Shown piece by piece: positions 1 to 8,789 of a stretch of 51,649 bases of DNA. The notes under the pieces were generated by a model. It was not told where the DNA came from, did no database searches, and worked only from the letters and a program-made list of their open reading frames with translations. Position numbers and translations under genes: made by a program. Positions within the stretch are counted from its first letter, which is position 1, and every line of letters starts with the position of its first letter. The stretch spans positions 1 to 51,649 of the forward strand of contig CAYXNZ010000003.1 in the NCBI GenBank assembly GCA_964467155.1, read 5' to 3'. The stretch comes from an uncultured Gammaproteobacteria bacterium (GTDB taxonomy: Bacteria; Patescibacteriota; Patescibacteriia; Patescibacteriales; GWC2-42-12).

Positions 1-82
1 AGCGGGAATGACAAGAGAGAAGCGGGAATGACAAGAGAGAAGCGGGAATGACAAGGGGAAAAGCGGGAATGACAAGAGAGAG
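1..82. repeat. Tandem array of four 20-21 nt units AGCGGGAATGACAAG(A/G-rich), the right arm of the GATTCCCGC..GCGGGAATGAC palindrome; truncated by the window edge
   Basis: Units at 1-20, 21-40, 41-61 and 62-82, with no unique spacers. Confidence 0.9.
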
Positions 83-112
83 AAATTTATAAATACTAAT
101 ATTGAAACAATG

Positions 113-193
113 GATTCCCGCCTGCGCCTGCCCGCTCGTTCCTCGCAGAGGCAAGGCGGGCGGGAATGACAAGGAAGGCGGGAATGACAAGGG
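113..193. repeat. REP-like palindrome GATTCCCGCCTGCG^CGGGAATGAC interrupted by a nested 34-nt element (127-160), followed by one extra right arm
   Basis: The uninterrupted form GATTCCCGCCTACGCGGGAATGAC is at 16151-16174; the insert reads CCTGCCCGC...GGCGGG. Confidence 0.8.
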
Positions 194-286
194 AAAAAGA
201 AGATAATGAGAATAAATAAGTATGCTGTCTATTCAAACTAAAAATAATAAAGTAAAAATTAATTTTTAAATATCAAATAAATCATT

Positions 287-2497
287 ATGCCAAAAGAAAA
301 ATTATATCAAAGAGTGCTACAAGTAATATTTTTTATTTCTTTACTCTCTCCATTAATAGTTGATCGTCGACTATTTTTTCCTTATGTGACTAGTAGCGCT
401 TTATTTTTTAGAATGATTGTAGAGCTTCTTTTTGTTTTGTGGATTATATTTTTAATGTTTTATCCAAAATATCGACCGAGATTTAACGTATTGATTGGCG
501 CTATCAGCGCTTATTTGTTGGCGTTATTAGTATCGGTTATTTTTGGACAAGTGCCGTATTTGAGTTTCTGGGGAGATACTGAAAGGATGATGGGATTTTT
601 TAGTATTTTACATTTCTTCGCGCTATTTCTGGTTGGCATTTCAATATTTAGAGATAAAGAAGATTTAAGAAATTTAATAAAAATATTTACCATATCGTCT
701 TTGTTGGTTGCTTTATATGCCATATTTCAGAGAATGGGTTTAACTAGCATTAAACCGAGTGAAGTGAGAGTAGTGGCGACTGTTGGCAACGCCGGCGTCT
801 TGGCAAGTTATATGATTTTTAGTTTTTTCTTTTCGGCTTATTTGGCATTAACCGAAAAAATAAAATGGCAAAAAATATTATTTGGCGTTTCAACCGCCAT
901 TTTTTTATTAGTAATATTTTTGACTGGTACCAGAGGTGCTTATTTGGGTACTGGCATAGGTGTTTTATTTTCAATTTGGTTTATTATAAAAAACATTGAA
1001 CAGAAAAAAGTCAAAAAAATTATTATTTCAAGCTTGGTAGTTTTAGCCATCCTTTATTCAGTTTTGTTTGCTTTACAAAATCAGAGTTTTGTAAAAAATA
1101 ATGTTCATCTTTATCGAATCACCCATTTTTCAATCAGTGATGCCACTCTGCAAATGCGTTTTATGTCTTGGGAGTGGGGATTGAAAGGATTTTTAGATAA
1201 ACCAGTCATTGGCTATGGCTTGGAAAATTATACAGAACCTTTTAATAAATATTTTGAATCAAGATATTATGATTTATCACCAAGCATTCCGTATTTTGAC
1301 CGAGCGCATAATATCATAATTGAACTTTTATCAACTACTGGCGCGATTGGATTTGCTTCGTATTTATTATTACTTGGTGCAATTGGTTATTGTTTATTGA
1401 AGAAATATAAAGACAATAGGAATAATATTTACTTTGGTGTATTCGCTGGACTATTGATGGCTTATTTTATTCAGAATTTATTTATTTTTGATATATTGCC
1501 GGCGATGATTGGTTTTATGATATTTTTGATTGTGGTTAATAATAATTATTCATCAGATAAATCATTTTCCGACAGACCAAATCTAAAAATATATTTTATT
1601 ATCCCTATAGCATTGATTTTGATTGGCGGCTTAGGCTATTCATATAAAAATTTAATTATTACGCCCTATAAAGCTTTGAAAGACAATGTGGTTGGTCAGA
1701 TAACCATGCCTAGTAAATACGATGAAGGCATGGAGGCGCTTAAGCGTTCAGTTAGTTATAATACGGTTTTTGATTTAGATTTGAGGTCAAGTACAGCTAA
1801 TACAATCTTTAATTATTATAGAAATGGTGGTCAGAGCGAAAAAGTTGAAGAAGATTTAATTTACGCCGCCAGTTTATACGAAGAAAATTTAAAGATAGCG
1901 CCAAACGATGCTTATTACAATTATAAAACAGCAGAATTTTTAGATTATGCTTTTTCAGTTAGGTTAAATGAAGATTTAATTTCTAAATTTAAAGTATACG
2001 TTGATAAATCAATAGAAGCATCGCCAAATAGAGCTAGACTGTATTATTTGTTAGTTGATAATTTATTTATGTCGGGACAGATTGAAGAAGCAATCAAAAC
2101 TGCTGAGTATGCTGTTAGCTTGAATGATAATTTTGGTGAATCGCATTGGGAATTAGCCAAGGCCTATTATTCTTCTCAGCGATTAGACGAGGCAAAACAA
2201 GAATTTATCAGGACAATAGATCTTGGACATAAATTAAGTGAGTCATCTTTTGAACGTTTCGCTGCTTTGTTTGACATAATAGATAATACTGATAATCAGA
2301 TTGAATTTTACGAATTAATAGCAAAAAACGGTACGGATAATTATTTGCTTTATTCAACATTAGCAACTCTCTATTACCAAAAAGGAGAGTGGGAAAAGGC
2401 AATTGATATGGCCAAACAATCAGGCGTTTTAAATCCAGCAACGAGTAGTGATGTTGAATCCTTTATTAAGACTGTAAAAAATAAAATGGATAATTAA
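287..2497 (+). CDS. O-antigen ligase-like (Wzy_C) polytopic membrane protein with C-terminal TPR region
   Basis: Many TM helices, LTGTRGAY and FDRAHNIIIE motifs, helical TPR-like C-terminus. Confidence 0.8.
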   Translation: MPKEKLYQRVLQVIFFISLLSPLIVDRRLFFPYVTSSALFFRMIVELLFVLWIIFLMFYPKYRPRFNVLIGAISAYLLALLVSVIFGQVPYLSFWGDTERMMGFFSILHFFALFLVGISIFRDKEDLRNLIKIFTISSLLVALYAIFQRMGLTSIKPSEVRVVATVGNAGVLASYMIFSFFFSAYLALTEKIKWQKILFGVSTAIFLLVIFLTGTRGAYLGTGIGVLFSIWFIIKNIEQKKVKKIIISSLVVLAILYSVLFALQNQSFVKNNVHLYRITHFSISDATLQMRFMSWEWGLKGFLDKPVIGYGLENYTEPFNKYFESRYYDLSPSIPYFDRAHNIIIELLSTTGAIGFASYLLLLGAIGYCLLKKYKDNRNNIYFGVFAGLLMAYFIQNLFIFDILPAMIGFMIFLIVVNNNYSSDKSFSDRPNLKIYFIIPIALILIGGLGYSYKNLIITPYKALKDNVVGQITMPSKYDEGMEALKRSVSYNTVFDLDLRSSTANTIFNYYRNGGQSEKVEEDLIYAASLYEENLKIAPNDAYYNYKTAEFLDYAFSVRLNEDLISKFKVYVDKSIEASPNRARLYYLLVDNLFMSGQIEEAIKTAEYAVSLNDNFGESHWELAKAYYSSQRLDEAKQEFIRTIDLGHKLSESSFERFAALFDIIDNTDNQIEFYELIAKNGTDNYLLYSTLATLYYQKGEWEKAIDMAKQSGVLNPATSSDVESFIKTVKNKMDN

Positions 2498-2515
2498 TTT
2501 TTTAAATATAAAAAT

Positions 2516-4582
2516 ATGAAAAATATTTTATATCTTTTTGTTTTAATCTTTTGTTTATTTATTGTGCCATCGGTGAATGCCGAAGAAACCCCAGTTTATT
2601 ATGATTTAAAAGCAGAAAGTATAGCAGTTGTGCCAGCCAATCCAGCGGTTGAGCAGAATTGTATTATAACGGTTAAAATAAAAAACAACGGTACAGAGAA
2701 ACTGATGTCTTCTTCTGGTTTGTCTAGTTATGTAATTGATTTTGAAAATTTTTCCAGACAAGATGTTAGCTATACCTATCCCAGTTTTGATAATATAGTT
2801 GAGGCCGGTGGTTATATCTATTATACGATAGAAGGTTATTTTATTCAGTCAGGAGCATCTAGCTTATCATTTTCCGTTAATACTGACAGGGAATTAGTAG
2901 AAGACGAAATTGATACTGAAGGTGGATATAACAATAATAGTGTTAGTAAAGAAATTACAATAGTTGATAAAAACGCTAATGATTTAGAAATTAATAGTAT
3001 AGAATTGAGTAGCGAGCGACCAGTTATTGGGCAAATTTTAACTATAACAGTGACAGTCAAAAATCAAGGTGATACTTATTTGACTTCAAGTAATGGTTTA
3101 GGCATTTTAGACATAAATTACAGTTTTTCTGATTTTAATATTGATTTAGACAAGGTTACCAGAAGCGATTATCCTACTATTGCTGTGCCATTGGCGCCAA
3201 AAGGCACTTTTACATACTCTTATAGCGGTTATTTTTATGAGCAAGGAGAAAAAGCATTAAGTTTTGAGGTTGATAAATATAATTATTTGACAGAAACAAA
3301 TGAAGACAATAACGCTAGTACAACTTTGGTAACAATTTATAAAGATCAGGAAAGTGCTGATGAATTTGAAATACTTTCTTATAAAATTGGTTTATTAAGT
3401 ACAACTTCGGCTCGAGTCATTTGGAAGACAGACAGAGAGACAACAGGACAGGTAAATTATAAAAAAAGCGATACTTATCTTTTTGAAGAATTAAATAGTT
3501 TAATTGCCAAAACAGAACATCAAATTGATATAAAAAATCTTTGGGCAAATATTAATTATGATTTTAGATTTGTAGCAATAAATGGTACAGTTAGCCATGA
3601 AATTCCATGGCAAAACATGACTACGCCGAGAAATGATAATTTGACCTTAACGGATGCTTTAGATACAAATATCAGTGGTAGCCAAGTCAGTTTTAGTTGG
3701 GGAACCAATTTACTTTCCAACAGTTATGTTTTTTATCGACAAGTTGGCGAAACTTATTATAAAAGCATTGGCAGTAATGACCTAGTTTTATCAAACATGG
3801 TGTCTCTTACGGATTTGGAAGCAGGTGATTATCAGTATTATATAAAATCAACCAGCGAGCCTAATACTGTTTATCAGTCAATTGTCGATACTTTTAGCAT
3901 TGCTCCTGAGGCGGGAGATAGCACAGAGGTAGTGGAAGAAGAAAGCACTAGTGATACTTCTGTTTCTACGGATCAAGACACTTCGACAAACAGTTCTATT
4001 TCTGGAAATCAAAACGGCGATACCGAAAGGATAATGATAAAAAATCAAAGTATGTATAATAATTTAAAAGGTAAGATTGTTTTAAAAGTAGAGGCGAATG
4101 GCGAGGCCTATTATATCAATCCTAGCAGTCAAGAAATGTATTATTTGGGTCGACCAGACGATGCTTTTGCTGTTATGCGTGGTCAGGGGATTGGTATTAC
4201 CAATAATGATTTAGAAAAGATTCCAGTTAGTTTATCTAATTTAACAGGTCAAGATAGCGATAATGATGGTTTACCAGATTTATTTGAAGATGCTATTGGT
4301 TTTGATAAGAACAAAGCTGACACAGACAGTGACGGATACTTAGATAAAGCCGAGATAGAAAACGGTTATCGTTCAGATAGCCAAGCAAAGTTTAATTTTG
4401 ATTTTAATTTTTCATCATCACAGTCAGGAAAAATATTTTTGCAAGTAGAAGGTAATGGTGAAGCATGGTATATTAATCCAAGCGATAATAAAAGATATTT
4501 TCTAGGCCGTCCCGCCGACGCATTTTCTGTGATGAGAAATTTAGGCCTAGGTATTAGTAATAGTAATTTTGAAGCGTTGTAG
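2516..4582 (+). CDS. Secreted/surface protein: signal peptide, two CARDB-like Ig domains, FN3-like domains, Ser/Thr/Asp linker, duplicated CPR-type C-terminal repeat with Ca-binding DxDxDG motifs
   Basis: N-terminal hydrophobic signal; ITVKIKNNG / ITVTVKNQG ... E..E.NN CARDB pattern; two GEA(Y/W)YINP...Y(Y/F)LGRP.DAF.VMR..G.GI.N repeats; DSDNDGLPD and DTDSDGYLD. Confidence 0.7.
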   Translation: MKNILYLFVLIFCLFIVPSVNAEETPVYYDLKAESIAVVPANPAVEQNCIITVKIKNNGTEKLMSSSGLSSYVIDFENFSRQDVSYTYPSFDNIVEAGGYIYYTIEGYFIQSGASSLSFSVNTDRELVEDEIDTEGGYNNNSVSKEITIVDKNANDLEINSIELSSERPVIGQILTITVTVKNQGDTYLTSSNGLGILDINYSFSDFNIDLDKVTRSDYPTIAVPLAPKGTFTYSYSGYFYEQGEKALSFEVDKYNYLTETNEDNNASTTLVTIYKDQESADEFEILSYKIGLLSTTSARVIWKTDRETTGQVNYKKSDTYLFEELNSLIAKTEHQIDIKNLWANINYDFRFVAINGTVSHEIPWQNMTTPRNDNLTLTDALDTNISGSQVSFSWGTNLLSNSYVFYRQVGETYYKSIGSNDLVLSNMVSLTDLEAGDYQYYIKSTSEPNTVYQSIVDTFSIAPEAGDSTEVVEEESTSDTSVSTDQDTSTNSSISGNQNGDTERIMIKNQSMYNNLKGKIVLKVEANGEAYYINPSSQEMYYLGRPDDAFAVMRGQGIGITNNDLEKIPVSLSNLTGQDSDNDGLPDLFEDAIGFDKNKADTDSDGYLDKAEIENGYRSDSQAKFNFDFNFSSSQSGKIFLQVEGNGEAWYINPSDNKRYFLGRPADAFSVMRNLGLGISNSNFEAL

Positions 4583-4705
4583 AGACGTTGCATTGCAACG
4601 TCTCTACAATGCAACGTCTCTACAACGCAACGTCTCTACAACGCAACGTCTGTACGATGCAACGTCTGTACGATGCAACGTCTGTACGATGCAATGTCTG
4701 TACGA
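4577..4705. repeat. REP palindrome TTGTAGAGACGTTGCA-T-TGCAACGTCTCTACAA plus a tandem array of 7 x 16-nt right-arm units
   Basis: Perfect 16-bp inverted repeat at 4577-4609, overlapping the upstream TAG stop; 16-nt units at 4594-4705 drift from CTCTACAA to CTGTACGA. Confidence 0.92.
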
Positions 4706-4728
4706 TGCGGATATGATATAATATAAAA

Positions 4729-5448
4729 ATGGAGGAAATATTATTTAGAAATAAATATAGAATTAAATCGGCGCGTAGGGAAGAATATGATTATTCACAA
4801 AATGGATATTATTTTATAACGATTTGTACAAAAAATCGGGTATTATTGTTTGGTGATGTTGTAAACGATGAAATGATATTAAATAAAGCAGGAAAGATTT
4901 TAGAAAAATATTGGTTAGAAATTCCAAAACATTTTAAAAATGTAATATTGGATGAATATATTGTGATGCCAAATCATATTCATGGAATTGTTATTATCAA
5001 TAATGAAAATGATAAACGTAGAGACGTTGCAATGCAACGTCTGAACACCACAATGCAATCAAATAGAGACGTTGCCGGTGATAGAGACGTTGCCGGTGAT
5101 AGAGACGTTGCCGGTGATAGAGACGTTGCCGGTGGTAGAGACGTTGCCGGTGGTAGAGACGTTGCCGGTGGTAGAGACGTTGCAGTGCAACGTCTCTACG
5201 GGGGCGAACATATCGGGATGTCAAAAATATCGCCAAAATCAGGGACACTAGCTGTTATTATTAGATCATTTAAATCAATCGTAACAAAACAGGTAAACCA
5301 AAAATTAAAATTAGATGATATTATTTGGCAATCACGATTTTATGATCATATAATCAGGAATGAAAAATCATTAAATAGTATTAGGCAATATATAATTAAC
5401 AATCCATATAAATGGCATTTAGATCGTAATAATTTAAATTTATTGTAA
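4729..5448 (+). mobile_element. REP-associated tyrosine transposase (RAYT; IS200-like HUH/Y1 family)
   Basis: YFITICTKNR, HUH motif MPNHIHGIVII, WQSRFYDHIIR and catalytic-Tyr region RQYIINNP; cognate REPs upstream and inside the gene. Confidence 0.88.
5018..5199. repeat. In-frame REP cluster inside RAYT: palindrome 5018-5046, six 18-nt left-arm units 5064-5171, palindrome 5171-5199
   Basis: TAGAGACGTTGCCGGTG(A/G) x6 encoding (R)DVAG(D/G); flanking GTAGAGACGTTGCA-N-TGCAACGTCT palindromes. Confidence 0.92.
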
Positions 5449-5455
5449 TTAGATT

Positions 5456-7684
5456 ATGTCGCAAAAAATTTATTCAAATATATTAAAGAGCGGAATTTAT
5501 TTATCGTTTTTAATGGTTTTTATTGTTTCTAGTAAATTGCTCTACCCGTATATCACTGGTAAACAAATATTCTTTAATATTTTAATAGAAATATTATTTG
5601 TTTTTTGGATTAGCTATTTAATAAAATATCCATCAGGACGCCCAAAATTATCTTTGATTTGCTATGGATTGATAAGTTATTTCGTAGTGATTTTATTATC
5701 TTGTTTTTTTAGTGTCGATTTTAATCTCAGCTTCTGGGGAGACATTGAAAGAATGCTTGGTTTTTTTCATTTGATGCATTATCTGATTTTTTATTTTATT
5801 ATTATTACTGCTTTTAAAAGTTGGCGCGATTGGTTTTATGTTTTTTTATTGTCAGCAGGTACGGCTATAGCGGTTAGTTTTTATAGCTTGTTTAAGATTC
5901 ATTACAGTACTATCGGCAATACGGCTTATGTCAGTGGTTATATTATTTTCAACGTATTTTTTGCCTCAATTGCATATTTTAATTGGCGCAGTTTGGCTGA
6001 AAAAAATAAAAAAAACTGGGGTATTCTGCTGGGTTATATTTTCGCTATAATTTCCATGATAGCTGTTTTGAAAGCGACTAATACTCGAGGTGCTTATGTT
6101 GCTTTTGCTGTTAGTTTTATTGTCTTGGCAACTCTGATTATTTTTTTAGGAAAAAATAAAAAATTAAAACAATATTTTATAGCGTCTTCTATGGGACTTA
6201 TTTTATTGGTTAGTTTAGTGTTTGTTTACGCTGATAAACCGTTTGTAAAAAATATACCAGTTCTCAGAACAATCACTCAAATTACGCCATCAGCTACCAC
6301 TTTTCAAACTAGACTTATCTCATGGAAAGCAGCTTTGATAGATTTTCCAAATCATCCAGTCCTAGGCACGGGATTAGGAAATTTTGCGATTACTTTTGAT
6401 AAATATTTTGATCCGTCTTTTTATCGCTACACAGCTAGTGAAACATATTTTGATCGGGCACATAATAATTTAGTTGATATAATTTCGACAACTGGCTCTC
6501 TTGGGCTGATTGCTTATTTATCTATTTTTATAGCAGCTTTTTATTATTTGATGAGCGGTTACAGAAAAAGGAAAATTAGTCTATTAAATTTTGTTTTGCT
6601 AGTTTCATTAATTATTGCTTATTTTATACAGAATTTAGTTGTGTTTGATTCACAAGTTACTTATTTAGCATTAATGGTAATGCTTGGATATGTCTATTGG
6701 CTATCTCACGAGAAAGAAGAAGCTAACGATTTTAAACCATTAAATAATAAAGAAATTTTTACCATCGGTATTGTTGGTTTGATGATTTTAGGTATAATTT
6801 TTCAGTATAATTTTAAACCTTGGCAGATGATGAGAGAATCAATTAATGGGCAATATATTTTTGCTGATCAAGATATAGTTGGCGGTGTAAAAGCATATCA
6901 ACAAGCCTTGAGTTATAATACGGTATTGGATCGTGACAGTCGAACTAGCTTGATAAACATCGTTATTCCAGCTGCTGGTGTTTTAGAAAAACTTGATCGA
7001 GAAGAAGCTAAAGAGATTTTGAATTATGCAGTTGATATAGCTGAACAAAATATCAGATATAATCCACAAGACAGTATGATGCAAATGCAATTGTCACAAA
7101 TTTTGAATTTAACATCAGTTTTTTACCGCGAAGACAATTTAGATAAATTTTATTTTTATTCAGACCGAGCGCTAGAAGCAATAAATAAATCAATTGAAGT
7201 TAGCCCTGGTAGAACTAGATTGTATTTTGCTAAAGCACAGGTCTATGTCAGTCGAGATGAGTCTGATAATGCTATAAATGCTATTAATCAAGCTATTGGT
7301 TTAGACAGGGAATATGCTGAAGGATATTGTCGTTTATCAAAAGTAAATCTATTTTATCAGGATGAGACAAGTGCATTTAGTAATATGGACCAATGTTTAG
7401 CATTAGATGGAATTGGTTTTATAAATGATAATGATTTAGTTAAATACATGATAAATCATTACGCGCCTTTGAATGATTTTTCCAAGTTGGTAGTTCTGTA
7501 TGAAAAATTAGTTTCAAAAGAAAAAAATGATGCAACTTATTTCGTGAGTTTGGCTAAAATATATGCGCAGCTAGGTGAAATAGAAAAAGCAATTCAAGCA
7601 GTAGAGAAATCAGTTGAGCTAGAACCGTCTTTGAGAGAAAGCGCTAATCAGTTTATTCAACAATTAAGAAATAATAGTGGCTAA
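5456..7684 (+). CDS. Second O-antigen ligase-like/TPR membrane protein (paralog of 287-2497)
   Basis: Shared motifs SFWGD.ERM.GFF, TRGAY, YFDRAHN, Q..F.FD; TPR-like C-terminus. Confidence 0.8.
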   Translation: MSQKIYSNILKSGIYLSFLMVFIVSSKLLYPYITGKQIFFNILIEILFVFWISYLIKYPSGRPKLSLICYGLISYFVVILLSCFFSVDFNLSFWGDIERMLGFFHLMHYLIFYFIIITAFKSWRDWFYVFLLSAGTAIAVSFYSLFKIHYSTIGNTAYVSGYIIFNVFFASIAYFNWRSLAEKNKKNWGILLGYIFAIISMIAVLKATNTRGAYVAFAVSFIVLATLIIFLGKNKKLKQYFIASSMGLILLVSLVFVYADKPFVKNIPVLRTITQITPSATTFQTRLISWKAALIDFPNHPVLGTGLGNFAITFDKYFDPSFYRYTASETYFDRAHNNLVDIISTTGSLGLIAYLSIFIAAFYYLMSGYRKRKISLLNFVLLVSLIIAYFIQNLVVFDSQVTYLALMVMLGYVYWLSHEKEEANDFKPLNNKEIFTIGIVGLMILGIIFQYNFKPWQMMRESINGQYIFADQDIVGGVKAYQQALSYNTVLDRDSRTSLINIVIPAAGVLEKLDREEAKEILNYAVDIAEQNIRYNPQDSMMQMQLSQILNLTSVFYREDNLDKFYFYSDRALEAINKSIEVSPGRTRLYFAKAQVYVSRDESDNAINAINQAIGLDREYAEGYCRLSKVNLFYQDETSAFSNMDQCLALDGIGFINDNDLVKYMINHYAPLNDFSKLVVLYEKLVSKEKNDATYFVSLAKIYAQLGEIEKAIQAVEKSVELEPSLRESANQFIQQLRNNSG

Positions 7685-7714
7685 TTTTTATAAATAGGGG
7701 TATGTTAAATTAAT

Positions 7715-8764
7715 ATGGATATAATTAATAAAATTGAAGAAGCCGATTTGGTCGGCCGAGGTGGTGCTTGTTTTCCCGTGGCAAAGAAATGGGAAGCAGT
7801 CAAGGAAGCTAGTGGTGAAAAAAAATATGTGGTTTGCAATGCCGCTGAAGGTGAGCCTGGAGTAAGAAAGGATTTTTTTATTTTGGAAAATTATCCCGAA
7901 AAAGTTATTAGCGGAATGAAGTTGGCGATGGATTTCGTCGGCGCCAAGGAGGGTGTAATCTATTTAAATCATACATATTATAAAAAAATAGGTAAAAAAA
8001 TAGAAACGATAATTGGTGATTTACCAATTACTATATTTATAAAACCAATTAATACTGGATATATTGGCGGTGAGGCAAGTTCATTGCTTAATGCCATTGA
8101 AGGCAAAAGGATTGAACCAAGAATTCGTCCGCCTTATCCAGCTGAGTCTGGTCTCTGGGGATGTCCAACTTTGATTAATAATGTTGAGACTTTTTACAAT
8201 GTTAGTTTGGTAAATTCTGCAAATTATAATAATAAAAGATTTTTTACTGTTGGTGGAGATTGTTTAAATGAAGGAGTGTATAATTTACCCGAAAAATATA
8301 CAATCGAAAAAATATTAAAAGAAACTGATAATTATCCAAAATTTTCCTTTTTTGTCCAAGTTGGTGGTGACGGTTCAGGTGAAGTATTAAATTCGTCTCA
8401 ATTAAAGCGTCAAGCTAGTGGTGCTGGTTCAATTACTATCTACAGTATTCAAAAATACAGTTTTAAAAAAATAATTAAGAAATGGTTGGAATTTTCAAAC
8501 GAAGAATCATGCGGACAATGTACGCCTTGTCGTGAGGGTACCTATCGTTTGCTAGAAATTATTAATTCCGACGAGCAAGATTGGAAATTATTTTATGAAT
8601 TGTTGTCTAATTTGAAAGACTCTGCCTTTTGCAGTTTGGGTTGTGCTGTACCAATGCCTGTTCAAAGTTTTATAAAAAATGTAATGCCAGAAATACCGAG
8701 CAAACAATTGAAATTAAAAGAGCAAGATTTTAGTAATATTTGCCAATGTTTTAGTGCAAATTAA
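7715..8764 (+). CDS. hydB: Short NuoF/HydB-like NADH/FMN-binding subunit with one C-terminal [4Fe-4S] cluster
   Basis: GRGGACFP, CNAAEGEPG, YIGGEASSL..AIEG, PTLINNVET, SCGQCTPCREG...FCSLG; no N-terminal thioredoxin-like or C-terminal ferredoxin extension. Confidence 0.8.
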   Translation: MDIINKIEEADLVGRGGACFPVAKKWEAVKEASGEKKYVVCNAAEGEPGVRKDFFILENYPEKVISGMKLAMDFVGAKEGVIYLNHTYYKKIGKKIETIIGDLPITIFIKPINTGYIGGEASSLLNAIEGKRIEPRIRPPYPAESGLWGCPTLINNVETFYNVSLVNSANYNNKRFFTVGGDCLNEGVYNLPEKYTIEKILKETDNYPKFSFFVQVGGDGSGEVLNSSQLKRQASGAGSITIYSIQKYSFKKIIKKWLEFSNEESCGQCTPCREGTYRLLEIINSDEQDWKLFYELLSNLKDSAFCSLGCAVPMPVQSFIKNVMPEIPSKQLKLKEQDFSNICQCFSAN

Positions 8765-8789
8765 TTGATTTTTAAGTATCAAAGATAAT

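Noticed and set aside
1-82. CRISPR array at the window start (also considered for 4594-4705 and 5064-5171)
   Set aside because: Units abut directly with no unique spacers, are arms of REP palindromes, and no cas genes are present.
4997-5248. Antisense ORF with (YHRQRL)n repeats, plus the other short antisense ORFs inside long genes
   Set aside because: Reverse-frame shadows of confidently assigned genes.
4729-5448. Diversity-generating retroelement or shufflon
   Set aside because: No reverse transcriptase, template/variable repeat pair or recombinase with inverted sites in the window.
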